Assembly: GCA_034780895.1 (NCBI GenBank)
Contig: JAUZTB010000042.1
Span: 20,220,558 to 20,284,557 of the forward strand
Direction: 5' to 3'
DNA length: 64,000 nucleotides
Source: Rhynchobatus australiae
Lineage: Eukaryota
Below, in pieces: positions 28,269 to 41,357 of this stretch. Each line of letters begins with the position of its first letter. Position 1 is the stretch's first letter. The position numbers and the translations under genes are program-made. The notes under the pieces were generated by a model. That model was given only the letters and a program-made list of their open reading frames with translations, had not been told where the DNA came from and made no database searches.

Positions 28269-30899
28269 GTATGATTTTGGCTCATGCTCCTAGGCCTAAA
28301 TTAAATGCTTGTTTAACCCAAGACACAATGATATTGAACTGTTTCCTTTTGGTCCTAATCGTATTTAGTCAGCTTCCTAATGGAAGCAACAAGCTAGCAC
28401 GCATCGGGGAGTAATAATCATGCTCAGTTCATTGGTCTGTCATTGGAACTGGAGAAATAAATTCAACTGGTGAGAAGTGGGATTGTTAAGGAAAACAGTG
28501 AGTATCAGTGGGGCCTGTGTCCATTTAAGCTGGTGGAAGTCCTTGAGTAATTTTTGCTCAGACCTTGTTATCATCATTAGAATGACCAGCCAGGGTGAAC
28601 CCTCTTGCTGCCGGGTTTAATGCTGAAATGTGCTCCTCACTTCATAAGAGTAATTGACAGCAATTAGAAGCATTCCACATAGGCCAATACTACAGCAGAA
28701 AATGCAAGATCTTGTGGAACTTGTAATTATTATTGTGTTCCTTGATTAGCAAATACATCTCTAGAGGCACTGATGGGCAATATGGAAAGGAAAAGAGATG
28801 TTCTTTACTCTCATCGATGGGTGGAAGCTTTCTAGCATTGTGGTTGAATGCCCTTAGCTTTAGTACTACTGCTATTTAGCCATTGTAGGCATGAGGGGTG
28901 CAGTTATGGGTCTTGGGATCACAATTTACTAACCTCTCTCAGAACTCGTACCTCTGCAAATCCATTAGCTGTTAGTCAAAAACTGCTGCCATTTATGGAA
29001 AGAAGATGTAATCCAAATTCTCATCCTTGAGCAGTTCAGAGTCCTGCATCATGGCCATCTACAACCACTGAAGGCCAACAGCCTCAGTTAACTACTTGGA
29101 GCTGCTGGGAGAGCATTGTGCAGGAGCATTAGTAAATGCAAAGGTGCACAAAAAAAATTAATGGAAAGCTCAAGAATGATTAGTCTATGTTGCTGTAATC
29201 AGTGTTTCTTCAGGTTCTTTAAATGTATAGAATTATAGAAGAAGTATGGAAAGTCGGTGGTGTAGGGTAATAATCTGTGATTTGAGATCCAGGAAGAATG
29301 ATGATGAGTTGCAGAGAGAGGGCAAAAGAGACCAGCAGTAGAAATGGACCATTCAGAGAGAACATTCATTGGAATCACAGCCAAATTAGCTGGTTATAGG
29401 TCCCTGTAAAGGACTTGCTACTGAGTAGCCAAGATTTGCACCTTGCCACAACTTCAACAGTCTCCAACAAACCTGTGTGTAATTGTGAATCACCTTAACT
29501 AAAGTTGAGGGAATCCTTCTGCTGCTGGACAGCCAGGTTTCCTGTCCATAGTTAATACTGTGTGGATGGATGAAGACCAGCTTGGCAGGATAGATGTCAA
29601 AGCAGCATTGCACAAGGATTGGCATCACCTGCTGCCCACACTCCATACTTTCACCGTGAAGGGTGTACATGTTACACACATAATCATGCACTTTCTGATT
29701 TAATGGATGAATTAAGTGTGAAAAACAAACTCTGTGTGCTCAAAATTTTGCAGCATTTTGCTGCCCAGATCAAGGGAACAAAATAGTGAGAGAAAGCCCA
29801 ATTTCTTCACCTTTGGCTCTGTACATAATGCCTCCTGTAGTATTTAGTTTGCTGTGCGACGAAAGTGATAGCAAAGCTGCACACAGGAAAATATTGACAG
29901 GAAACTTGATTTTCAACAACATATGGTAAAGTAAGTATAGCCCTCTAGCAGGCAGACAAATTATAAACCAGTTACAACATTTAATTGCTGTGGTAAGATA
30001 ATGATATAGCAATATAAACATAAAAGTTCAACGCCAACCTCATGTCTAGTCAGAAATAGCAAGTAATGATGTTAATGAATTATGGAATTCTTTTGAAGTT
30101 AATGAAATATCTTTAATTGATGTTGGAGCAGCAGGGGCATTGGTGTAGGAGCCATGGTGAGAAGGGCACAAGGGATAGAAGCAAATGTAGATTGTGAAGT
30201 CCTGCAACCTAGCCTACTGCTTAGTAAGAATAGGAGCACCGTCAGATCAGGACATTATTGAAACTAATCCGGCATAAAGAAAAGCATACTCAGTTAAACA
30301 CACATAGCAAAATCTAAAGAGATTTTCCACATTGTGAGGTTGGGAATTTTGTTTTGGCCCTTGTTATGCATTGTGGGTCAAAGGGCCTGTACTGNNNNNN
30401 NNNNNNNNNNNNNNNNNNNNNNNNNNNNNNNNNNNNNNNNNNNNNNNNNNNNNNNNNNNNNNNNNNNNNNNNNNNNNNNNNNNNNNNNNNNNNNTCCACA
30501 GTCTGCACATCCTTCCTATAATAGGGCGACCAGAATTGAATGCAATACTACATATGCGGCATAAGCACTTGGTGTAATTATTGTCCATTTTAGCTTATCC
30601 TGAAAAAATAATAGGGTTTGATCTATGCTAGCAGAAGGCAGGCATTAACGTGGATTAATACAGAGAGGCGTGCGCCAATTTTATTTTTAACACCAGTAAG
30701 ATGTAAAAGCAACACTATTATTTCGCAGAAATCTTTGTCCACATAGTCCCTTAAAAAAGGAAAAAAGCTTTGGGGTAATGGGGAGATATTTATAATTTAT
30801 TTTTCAATGTTACACAGACATTGCAATTTAAGTTTACATTTTAGATTTAAAACAACAATTTGTTTAAAGCCAAGCTGTAGGTCTGTGAATGTATATTTT

Positions 30900-31024
30900 T
30901 CAGTCCGGGTTCACAGACTGTCAGCCGTTGCCGGGGCAGCTTTCAGCGTGGACGTGGCTTGGGACAGCCTCTCGTTGCTGACGTCGGAAAGCGAGTGGCG
31001 GAAGCGGCCGTTGCAAGCGGAGCA
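30900..31024 (+). promoter_or_regulatory. CpG-rich promoter-like region upstream of the nested exon 1
   Basis: Local cluster of CpGs in an otherwise CpG-depleted background. CRE-like TGACGTC at 30979-30985 and ETS-like CGGAAG at 30999-31004, immediately before an ATG and a strong donor site. Confidence 0.6.
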
Positions 31025-31099
31025 ATGAGAGGAGTGTCGAAAAGGAGGCAGAATCTGCCGCCGCCGCCGCCAAGTCAAATCCCGAAACCCACAGAGCAG
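31025..31099 (+). CDS. Putative first coding exon of a second, non-B4GALNT gene
   Basis: gcaATGa start with G at -3; 25 codons MRGVSKRRQNLPPPPPSQIPKPTEQ; consensus donor CAG|gtaaat in phase 0; lies within a CpG cluster. Confidence 0.65.
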
Positions 31100-31479
31100 G
31101 TAAATGTACGGAAGCAGAGTGTCAGCAAGGCCAGGCACTGTGTAAAGCCCTGATGTTGAACTGCCCTTGGTGGTTCTTCTGTAAACCGTCCAATAGCAAC
31201 TCGCACTGGCGCCAGACACTCTCCTACATGCGCCTAGAGCAAGGGTATTGGTGGGCATGGTACAATTCTTTAGAACTCTCCAGTTTGAGTTGCTCAGTAA
31301 CTTTAGGTGTTGTATGGAAAGTACCACCAAGATTGCATTTCTTCTGCCCTGATTGCGCCTGGATTTTGACCACGTGAGATTACGACCCACCTCCTGTCCG
31401 TAATTGTTTGGAAACCCTGTGAGTTCGTTGCAGAGTTATTCCACGATGAAAATCAAAGCAGCTCTCACTGCCACAACAA

Positions 31480-31715
31480 AAGTATTGCATTCAATTCTGG
31501 TCGCCCTATTATAGGAAGGATGTGCAGACTGTGGAAAGGGTGCAGAAGAGGTTTACCAGGATCCTGTCTGGATTAGAGGGTGTGAGCTATAAAGAAAGGT
31601 TGGACCAACTTGGGTTGTTCTCCCTGGAGTGTCAGAGGCTGAAGAGAGACCTGATAGAGGTTTTTAAGACAATGAGAAGCATAGATAGGGTAGACAGTCA
31701 GAATCTTTTTCCCTG
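31480..31715 (+). mobile_element. CR1 3' fragment
   Basis: VERVQKRFTRILSGLEGVSYKERLDQLGLFSLECQRLKRDLIEVFK. Confidence 0.85.
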
Positions 31716-32374
31716 AAAGTTGAGTTATTGACGATGCTAAAAGCAATGTTTCTAAATGTAGTTTCTGCACAACTGAAGTTTTGACAGTACACAGCAAATG
31801 TATTTTTATCATGTAAAAGCTTAAATTCTTAAAGTGCTTGACGGATTAAATTCAGGGAGGGTGACTGAGGATCAGGGGCCACAGTTTGGGAATAAGAAAG
31901 AAGCTGTTTGGGACCGATATGGGGAGAGGACGTTGAGTCTTTGCAGTACTTAATTCTGGAGGGAGGTGGACGCTAGAGGTTTTGTCAATCTTTTAAACAC
32001 ATCAAGAGATATATATGGACATCAAGGGAAAAGTGCTAGGAAGTGCAAGTGAGATAGATCGGCCTTGATCTTAATGGTGGAGCAGGCTCAAAAGGGCTGG
32101 ATGGCTGACTCCCTTTTCTTCTGAGACCATGCTGCTGCTGAAGCCCAAGTGATGTATTCAAACTGTTGGACCTGCTGAACAGAGGATGTTCAATACTGTA
32201 CACCACAGGCCTACCTGACTGAAATGTGGCAAGATGTCATATGATGAACTTTGCTGTATTATGCACAGCCACTTGTTTCTGTTTCACTCTTCCCCATGTG
32301 CCCTCCAACTCCTCTCCCTGTCACCAACCCCTGCCCCCAGATTGTATTGCTGTGTTGTTCGAGTGCCAGCTGTC

Positions 32375-33082
32375 AGCCATAGCACAGAAACAGGCCCTTT
32401 GGCCCAACTCATCCATGCCAAGCGAGATGCCTGCCAGAGTTAGTCCCATTTGCTTGCACTTGACCCATAAGCCTTTCTTATCTATGTACCTGTCCAAATG
32501 TCTTTCAAATATTACAATTGCACATGCCTCTACAATTTCCTTTGGCAGCTTGTTTCACATCCTCACGACCCTTTGTGTGGAAAAACTTGCCCCTCATTTC
32601 CCCTTTAAATCTTTCACCTCTCACCTTAAACCTATGCCTCTAGTTTGGAATTTCCCCACCCTGGGAAAAAGACTGTGACAATCTATCTTATATCTATGCT
32701 TCTCACGATTTTAGAAACCTCTTTAATGTCACCCCTCAGCTTCCTTCACTCCATGAAAATTAATCTCAGCCTATCCACTCTCTCCTCATGAGTCAAGACC
32801 TTCAGTCTTGGCAACATTTTTGAGAATCTGTTCTTCATTCTTTTCAGTTTAATTACATCCGTGCTATAGCATGGTGACCAAAACTGCACACAATAGTCCT
32901 AGTGCGTTCTCACCAAAGTTTTGTACAGCTGTAACATGACATCCCAATGTTTGAACTCAGTGCTCCAACTGAGGAAGGCAAGCGTGCCGCATGTCTTCTT
33001 CATTACTCTGGCTAAATATGTTGCAACTTTCAGGGCACTACGTACTTGTACCCCTCAGTCTCTCTGTTCTACAACACTCCCA
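32375..33082 (-). mobile_element. CR1 3' fragment with 3' UTR
   Basis: Reverse-complement CR1 3' end (acagaaacaggccctttggcccaac...ctgggaaaaagact...ggtgaccaaaactgcacacaata). Confidence 0.8.
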
Positions 33083-34374
33083 GGCGGAGTGTTATAGACT
33101 TTTTAGGTGGCTATAAAATGTCTTTCAGCACTATTTAAGGAATATTTCCTTTTTAACCAACACCATCAACAGCATATTAATGGATGTTACATTGCTGTTC
33201 ATTAGAATGTGCTATGTCTGATGCTTCTAAAATACAAATAATCTTCATGTAGTGATTTATTGGAAGTAATATGTATTGCAACTTCCTACAGCCATTTGAA
33301 GGCAAACATAAATGTTATTCACTTAGTTAAAACATTATAGCTGTACAACACAGAACCAGGTCGTTTGGCCCACCTAATCAAAACTGACGGTCAAATTCCC
33401 ATTTACACAAATCCCATTTTATTCTTTCCACATTCCCATCAAATATGCAGATTTTACCAGGGACAATTTACTATGATCAACCCTCATGCCTTTGAGATGT
33501 GAGAGGGAACTGGAGAACCCAAGTGGAATCCACAGGGAGAAGATGCAAACTTCACACAGACATTACTGGAAGACAGGACTGAACTCAAGTCATTAGAGCT
33601 GAGAGGCAGCAGCTCTACTAGCTGTGCAACTGAGCCACCCCAGCAAGGGTACTGAACTCTTTAATGCAAAATTGATCCTTGAAACACAGTCATCAACTAA
33701 AGTTGTAGAGGGCCAACTGAGCCTCTGATTAACTTTGTGATATTGATGGATTCAGCACATCTGCTAGCCATAATCAGGTCAACTTGAGGTAGATTGTACA
33801 CACACTTTCTGGAAAAATAATGAAACACTTAACAAGTGAGGGAATAATGTTCAGTTATAGTGCAGCAGTAAATGGGTGGTTTCAGATAAGTTGCCCATCG
33901 CTGTTCCTGCCTGATTTTTCTTTCCAATAGTTCCTGCTGATACTACTAAAATGAAGGAAAACCATTCAGCTCCTCAAGCTTATTCTGCCACCTTTTAATT
34001 CATGGATGTTTATGACTTCATTATCCTCTTTTGTAAATAAAAATTAAAAGAGCAGATCAAGTAGGAATATTGAAAATTGTAGCCAGTGATAATTTGGCTA
34101 ATAAGTTCTGTTCAATACTTTAATAATGAATCTCTGCAGGGAGATTTCAGTTCCTATTCTGCCTGCTTTGTATAAGTGTTTCACAGACAAGCACTGGAAG
34201 ACTGGATGGAGAGGAGGTAAAGCAATGTGTTTTGTATTCCCATTGCATTTTGTTTTATCATTGCTAGTATGTAGACAGTTTTATATCGTATAAAACTGTC
34301 CACATTTTGGATGGTTATCCCGTATCTAATGTTGTTTTGTCACGCTTTTGTTTACTTGTCTCTTCCTTCTCCAG

Positions 34375-34549
34375 AAAACCAATGCACCACAAGTTTGTTC
34401 CACAGAAACCAACACAGATTCTTTTTCACTGTTGAAAATCTGTTCTCGCCTCATCTCAGTTTTAAAGTATCTTCTTCTAATCCTTATGATTCCACCATTC
34501 CTAAATTATGCATCCCTGCAGAGAGAAGGAGCATTACTTCAGCCTCAAG
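34375..34549 (+). CDS. Putative second coding exon of the nested gene; TM segment, resembles the N-terminus of an uncharacterised fish alpha/beta-hydrolase
   Basis: Branch-like CTAAT, long pyrimidine tract, ccag| acceptor in phase 0 matching 31099, donor AAG|gtgaga in phase 1. KTNAPQVCSTETNTDSFSLLKICSRLISVLKYLLLILMIPPFLNYASLQREGALLQPQ. The PPFLNYASLQREG motif recalls, from memory only, zebrafish si:dkey-122a22.2-like proteins. Confidence 0.7.
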
Positions 34550-37500
34550 GTGAGATATTATGTATTCATCCACATATAATACAATATAATATTGGTTATA
34601 CATACAATAAAATTTTATTTTGCCATGGATGATAAAAAAAAGAATTTCCAACAGTAAGGGAGAATTTTGTGGGCAGGGCCCCAACAAGTCTTGTGGTTCA
34701 GCACAAGATCTTGGGGACAGCACAGGCCCAGTGTAATCATGGACGTTGCATGAAATGATACTGAATTAATAAAACATGGAGAATATAAAACAGGATCTGC
34801 CAGTTACCTGTTCCTGAAATCTGACTGTCAAACTGTAAAGCAACACTCCAGGGTATTCAGTAAACAATACATAAAAGCTAGCTGTTTGTTTTTATCTCAA
34901 AAAGCACACCAATCTCAAAGGGCACACATTTTCCGCTTTTTCAAGTCAGGAAGTTGGATGTATTTCTTCCTTGTCCACCCTCGAAAACCACTGTCCATCA
35001 CAGCATCAGCTTTGACTGAGAATTTTCACCTACACATATCTGTCTCTAGAATCTGGGAGGGAGCACAGCGCAGGGACAGTAATTCACAGAAATTTACAGT
35101 CCACTGCACCTGAACCAACTCTTTAACAGAGCTGTTTGAAATTGTTACCAGTGCCAACAGGAGAACTGCCCAGGCTCCTGACACCCTACCGGCCCGGGGC
35201 AGGAGGCTGCTCCTCGGTCCAATTTTACCTGCGACCCAGGGATGGGGAAGGCAGCAGGGGGAATGGAGCCTTTAACTCAAATCTTTGCCACGCCCATCAA
35301 AGGATTTGTCCAGATCATCAGAGCTAACTGGGTGATGACATCACTCACTGGGCACTCCTTCTAAGGAGGCGTGGCTGTTCTGGGGTTCCTGCTGCCCACC
35401 CTTCTGAACCCGAAATATCAAGTCCTGATCCAGGGTCTCAACCTGATACTCAGCATTCACAGATGCTGCCTGACCTGCTAGGTTCCTCCAGCAGTTTTGT
35501 TTGGTTTTTGCTCCAAACTTCCCCTGTTGATTTTAATCAGAAAATTGAATTCACATTTCAATCTCATACACAATAGACAATGCTCCTTTCAGATATATGG
35601 AATGGTTGGCAATCTATTCATGAAGGCACTATTTAATTTCATCTTTTATTTTCCTACCAGATTCAAACCTTTAGCTGAACCAGGCAGGAGAGATTGAGTA
35701 ATAAATAGCTAAAATAAAATCTTTCTCACATCACAAAAATAAGTATTATCCAGAGTTTTCTCCACTGATGTATAGGAAAGAATATCAGGACAACTTGATC
35801 TGAAAAATATCAAAATGTCACACCTTTGTTCAACAAACTAAGTCTCTTTTAAATAGGAAATGTCACTAATATGTTGTCAACTGGTAACGTCCTTGGGAAC
35901 TGTCAATTTAGCCAGCATAAAGTGAGTACTTAAGAAGCAGATGGATGAGCCCTTGATTGGCTGTGATCTACACAGTTATATCAAGAGCTGCAAAGGGGGT
36001 GTGTCTCAATAGCTCTTTTGTGGCTGGCACAGACACAATGGACAAATGATCTTGTTCTGTTCCAGACATTTGTGTTCTTTGACCAGGACCAGAAATGAAA
36101 AGAGAATGTTGAAAAGAATATACTGAATTGGAAAATGCCAGTTAGCTCATTGAACAGTATTCACTCAGACACTCCAGGTATTGAGGTAGATGCATCACAA
36201 GGCCAGGAGGCAGTACATCAGCTCCAATCCTTGTCCGCCCAGGAGATAATGGTCAGTCTGAACCCCAGTCTTTCCCATCTTTGCGACTTATCCTGCAACA
36301 TTCCTACTGAACTAAAATCTAACAGGCTTGAAAACTTCAATTGCCTCAGCACTCATTTGATCATTACCAACAGAAAGGGACAGAGACTGAGACACACAGA
36401 TGTTAAAATTTTGCTAACGTAATATACATTAGACTAATATCTTACTAATGAGGACAGTCAATTATAAGAAGAGAGTCCCTCCATTAATATTATAGGTGGC
36501 ACTGGTTAATCACAATAATTACTGGAACAGATGGTGTGTAATTAACAACAAGCTTCTAGGATATGAAGCATCACTCTGCACTGGGTATTCAAGTGTTAAT
36601 ACTAGAAATTTACATGCAGTGTAAGCTACCTGCTGATATTATTATTATAGAATAATGATTGTTGTTCATGATTATTAATTCCAAATAATACTTTTTAATC
36701 ATCTTTAAAAAAAAATTCCAAAAGAACTGTGTGTTAGCTGCATTCAGAGAATATGGGAATTGAAACTGTGAGACAAGTTTCTTAGAGGAGTCTCTGATCA
36801 CTGTCCATTGTGTTATCAAAGTTTTAAGAATGTATGCAATATTGAATGTAACACCCTGGATGGCAGTCACTGTAGCATTTACTATGTGAACAGTGGGCAC
36901 TCCCAAAACCCTACCCAACATGGCAGGAAAATGGTTGCTATTTTGGAAAAAAAACAAAGTTGCACAACAGGACCCATCATAATCTGACCCATTTAAAGTA
37001 CTTTGCAAATTGAGAAACACATTCAAGAACTGGTGAGGAGTTGGTGCATTAAGTTGGTAGCTATTACAGACACTGGATTTGTAAGGGAAAGTTGTAAATG
37101 CTGGGCATGTACTACTGGAGGAAAACTTTGTTAGTTTTCAAGTATTCAAGAATCTAAATTTTAGCTAACATTAATGTGTAGAAAAATCATCAAATCATTA
37201 GCAATATTATCGTGCATTTATTTAATTGAGAACAACACTTAATTTATACTAAGCAATCTAAACGCAGTTTTTCCCCATCCCTTTTCCTCTCCTCCTCAAC
37301 AATTCTCTTCTCAGCAAATAATTCCACCCTTTCTCCTCATGATTATTCTCATCCACATCACCTTGCGCCCCTCTGGTGGTTCTTGGTCATGGAGTCCTCT
37401 CATAAATAGGATATGGGATGAAGAAATGAGGCAGCTGGAAATAATTTTGCTGTTTAATGGAAGTAGAAGAGAAATTGAAAAACGTTAGAGAAGATGTGAA

Positions 37501-37911
37501 ACAATAAAGCTTCAATAAGGAACATGCAATAAGTAATGAACGGAATTGGAACAAAATGGAATGAGCTAAAAAGATGTATTATCTAACTTCTAACAGTGTA
37601 TTTGTATGGATGTCAGCTATGCCCCAATGAGGTAATGATCTTTTTGTTTTAAAGAAAATGTTGGAATTTGCACATGGCTGTTTGTGTGAAGAATATCCTA
37701 GCACTCACCTCAAATTGACTCTTAGGTTGCAGTAGAGGTGAAACGAACTCCATGTTGTGCCTTACTAAAAAAAAATTAGGAATCAATCGCCATCTGACTT
37801 TCAAGCAATTAATGTACTATGTGCTGCTCAGAACAGATAAATGATTGAAGGTGTTTTTGTGTTTGTTTTGTGGTTATAGTGTCAATGTTCTTTTCTATTT
37901 ACTTTTTGCAG

Positions 37912-37990
37912 GTTGTCATCCTCCAGGAAATACTACTTTGAGGTACTCCATAAGCAAAATAGCCAGGGAACAGATCATGTAGAAGTTGCT
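37912..37990 (+). CDS. B4GALNT3: B4GALNT3-like exon (human exon 8 equivalent; PA14 domain)
   Basis: tttttgcag|...|gtaagt, 79 nt, phase 2-0. [26 protein letters not shown] closely matches B4GALNT3 [20 protein letters not shown]. Confidence 0.95.
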
Positions 37991-39900
37991 GTAAGTTTTT
38001 GTTGTTTAACCATTATCATAATGCCAGAAAAATTTTTTTGCAATAGCTTTCTTATTATATGCATAAGTAATGCATTAAACAACTATAAAAGTATTTAATT
38101 TGAAGCTTTTATGATCTGGTTGAGATTGTATAGTGATAAACAGTTCATGGGTCCATTCCTTTATAAAGAGGATTGTAGAATCTTTCTTTCAACTCTGGTA
38201 TTTTTCAGAGGCTGACCCCCAATTTATTGATATTCAGTAGTTCACATGAATGGTCAATGTATGGGTATTTATGCTGGGAGTTCATCAATTAATTGTCACT
38301 TGCTGTCTGACTATTGGGCTTTCCGTTGGTATGGGTTATCCTGTTCTTGTTCTTTTGTCTGATCGGTGTTGAGAGGGGGAGGTTATCCTCTTTTTTTCCC
38401 TATCTGTTAGTTTCTTGGGGTGGTGGTTCTTTTTGCCATATATTTAGCTGATGATTGTGCTTTTTGTGAGTGTGTATTGAGCTAATTATAATGGGAAAGA
38501 GTTGCTGTTCTCATCAGTCCTTAAGATGGTTCATGGTTCCTTACATTTCTGCTTTTCTCATCACCTGTTTATAGAATTGTTAGGGATACTTAGTTATGGA
38601 GAAAGGCTTTCCTGAGCATTAAAACTGGTATTTTCTGCTTTGTAGCAGGTTATGGGTTGATATTGTGCTTCCTGCATTACATTTATTCAGAATCCCACAG
38701 CAGTCACATGTTAAAATTGTCATCCCACTCTTCAAATGCATTAATGGCCTTTTCTCTTCTGTCTTTAATCTCCTTACAACCTCCAAGATCTCATCTTTCC
38801 TCATTTTTAGCCTCTTGCAGATTGCTGTTTGTATTCCCTCCATCATCTGGGCTTTCAATTGCTTGGGTTCAGGAATTCTCTCCTTAAACCTCTCTGCTTC
38901 TGTCCCTCCCTATGAACGCAGAAGAAGGAGGAGGCCATTCACTGACCCAAACCTGCTCTGGCATTGAATAAGATTACTGTTTTATGATGCTCTTTAAAAA
39001 TCCACAACTTTGGCTAAGGCTTTGGTCTTTTATCCTAATACCTTGATGTTTTAGTATGGCTTGGTGTCAAAGTTTAAGTATAATTATGAAGCATCCTGGA
39101 ACCTTTTGCTATGTTAGGGATATAATTAAATTGCCAGTGGTTGAATTTTAAAGTTTGAGATTTTTCAGCTACAGGATATGTCATCAGTGATCTATATCCT
39201 GGTTTCTGAGAATACTTGATATCGTCAAAAGCTTTAGCTTATGCCAGGGATTTGATGGTGAACTTTTCAAACTTTTGGATGTGTTGGCTCTGCAAGTATT
39301 TTATCCCTTGTCCTGGCACAGAGACAATATTATCTCTAAACTGGCACCTGAGAACTTGGATAGCAAAAGTGTTAGAACAGTATAGATATTTGTCCCTTTT
39401 GGCCAATTAATAGAATGTTCTTATGCAAGTTATCCCTTTTGTTCAAGCCTGGGATATCTTTAGAAGCAGGAGGAGATTATTTGTCTCTATTACCTGCTCA
39501 CTGTTCAATTAAGGCCATTGGAAACATCAATTCCATATCCCCCTATTAAGCTCCTTATGAATCTTGTATTTTTAAGTGAGTTCGTATCTTGAGAGTGCAA
39601 GCTTAGTCTGCTCGACCTGTCCTTGTATGATAAAGCCACCATCCCCGAGATCAATCTGCTGAAAGATCAAAGGTCTCATGAAAATAGCAGTTTTAACAAA
39701 TCCCAAAGTTCTGGATTATATTGCAGTACTTTAAGATCCATAATTTTGCAGACCCTTTCAATCTTTCTCTGCTAAGGCAGGCAAATTAGGGGGGGGATTG
39801 ATTGGCAGTTCTGCTTCTGAATTTGCACTGTGCGTCACTATGCAAAATTCAGTATGGTTGAAAATATTCATTTATTTTTCTGACCTGGCATGGAGTCCCT

Positions 39901-40046
39901 GTGTTTTCTGTGGGTACCCTATTGTAGGCAGTGAGTGTTTCTGTGGGTACCCTATTGTAGGCAGTGAGTGTTTCTGTGGGTACCCTATTGTAGGCAGTGA
40001 GTGTTTTTTGTGGGTGCCCTATTACAGGCAGTGAGTGTTTTCTGTG
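39901..40046 (+). repeat. Minisatellite, 33-bp unit, about 4.4 copies
   Basis: GTGTTTCTGTGGGTACCCTATTGTAGGCAGTGA repeated head-to-tail with no spacers. Confidence 0.95.
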
Positions 40047-40679
40047 ATGACAATAGAGTGGGACAGGGAATTCAACGTCTGGTTCCCTCATTGTCTTCAT
40101 TCAGAATTTGTTTGAACTGTAGAGATAATCCCCAAGGATAGAGTTGGGATTTGTGCTGCCTTGATTCAGAGCAGGCATCAGACAGTCTGACTTTGTTGAG
40201 CATCTTGGGACTTGTACTTGTCCCACATAGGCAGGCTCTTATGCTGGAGCTTTTCATCGGGTCTGAGGAAAGTCACTGCATTCATTGCGAACAACAATCA
40301 CTGTTTGTTTAGTTCGGGTGTATCTCAAATGCTGAAAGGTCATCTGAATACCAGTGAAGCAGCCATTTGTGCACATGGTTCATTTGAATAGGGATTCCCT
40401 GGATCTTCAGACCAGTGTCTTTCAGCACTGAGACTTACCCCTTAAGTCCGAGACATCAAGTGCTCTTGCCCATGCTGACACCACAGGAACGATATTGACA
40501 ATAAAAACAGAAAATACCAGAAACACTTGGCATGCCAGGCAGCATCTGTGGAAAAATAAGCAGAGTTAATGTTTCTTGGAATTTTGAGCAAAGACATAAC
40601 CTTGGATATTGCCGGAGAAATAAGAAGCCAAAGTTGCATTTGTTACTGATGTAATCACCACTCTTTTTCTCTCCCTCAG

Positions 40680-40746
40680 TGGCGACTCCACAATACTGGC
40701 CTTAAATTCAACATTGTTGATTCTCAGTATATTTCACTTTATATCA
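40680..40746 (+). CDS. B4GALNT3: B4GALNT3-like exon (human exon 9 equivalent)
   Basis: ctccctcag|...|gtaagt, 67 nt, phase 0-1. WRLHNTGLKFNIVDSQYISLYI. Confidence 0.93.
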
Positions 40747-41357
40747 GTAAGTTATGCACCTCATTTATATTTGCTATATTTTAGTATTATTATAAATTGG
40801 AACTACTAAACAGTGCTAGGAATGATAAGAATAAAAGCAAATGACATATAAATGACAGTAACCTCACAGTATGTCCTATGTCTGTAGAAACAATTTGTAA
40901 TTGTTTTTGTACACCTCCGAACAACCAGCCATTAAACTCCACTTCTGAAATTCGGCTCCATTGAAATTGCCCAAACAACAAAGATGAATTCCTACCCTGT
41001 GATAGTTTTTTTAGTTTTATACAAAAAGTAGCGGTTTAAAATACAAATATGAATTGAAACATATTATTGTATTGAAGCTTTTTGATTTGTTTTTAGAGTG
41101 CATGGATTGTGTTTCCTTATTTTAATGTTCACTCTTGATATTAAACTGTCCTATCTTGCCTTTACAGCATTAAAATTATTCGGAAATTTAGCTTAATTTG
41201 AACAAATAGTTACATTTAAGTTACTGCTATTAGTGCACTATTTAGTCCATTTCTAATAAAAAGAAAACTATTTAGGGTTATCTCATCCATTTCTAATATT
41301 TAAATAGGAATTGTTCTGCACAGCTTTTAAAATAAAATGCTTCTCTTTCCATTTCAG

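Noticed and set aside
30911-31390. 159-aa minus-strand ORF with an LLPYIYLL segment reminiscent of GPCR TM7
   Set aside because: No other GPCR features. GC-rich DNA is stop-poor, and the + strand ATG/donor exon explains the region better.
39901-40046. CRISPR-like array (33-bp repeats with a palindrome)
   Set aside because: No unique spacers, no cas genes, vertebrate intron; it is a plain minisatellite.
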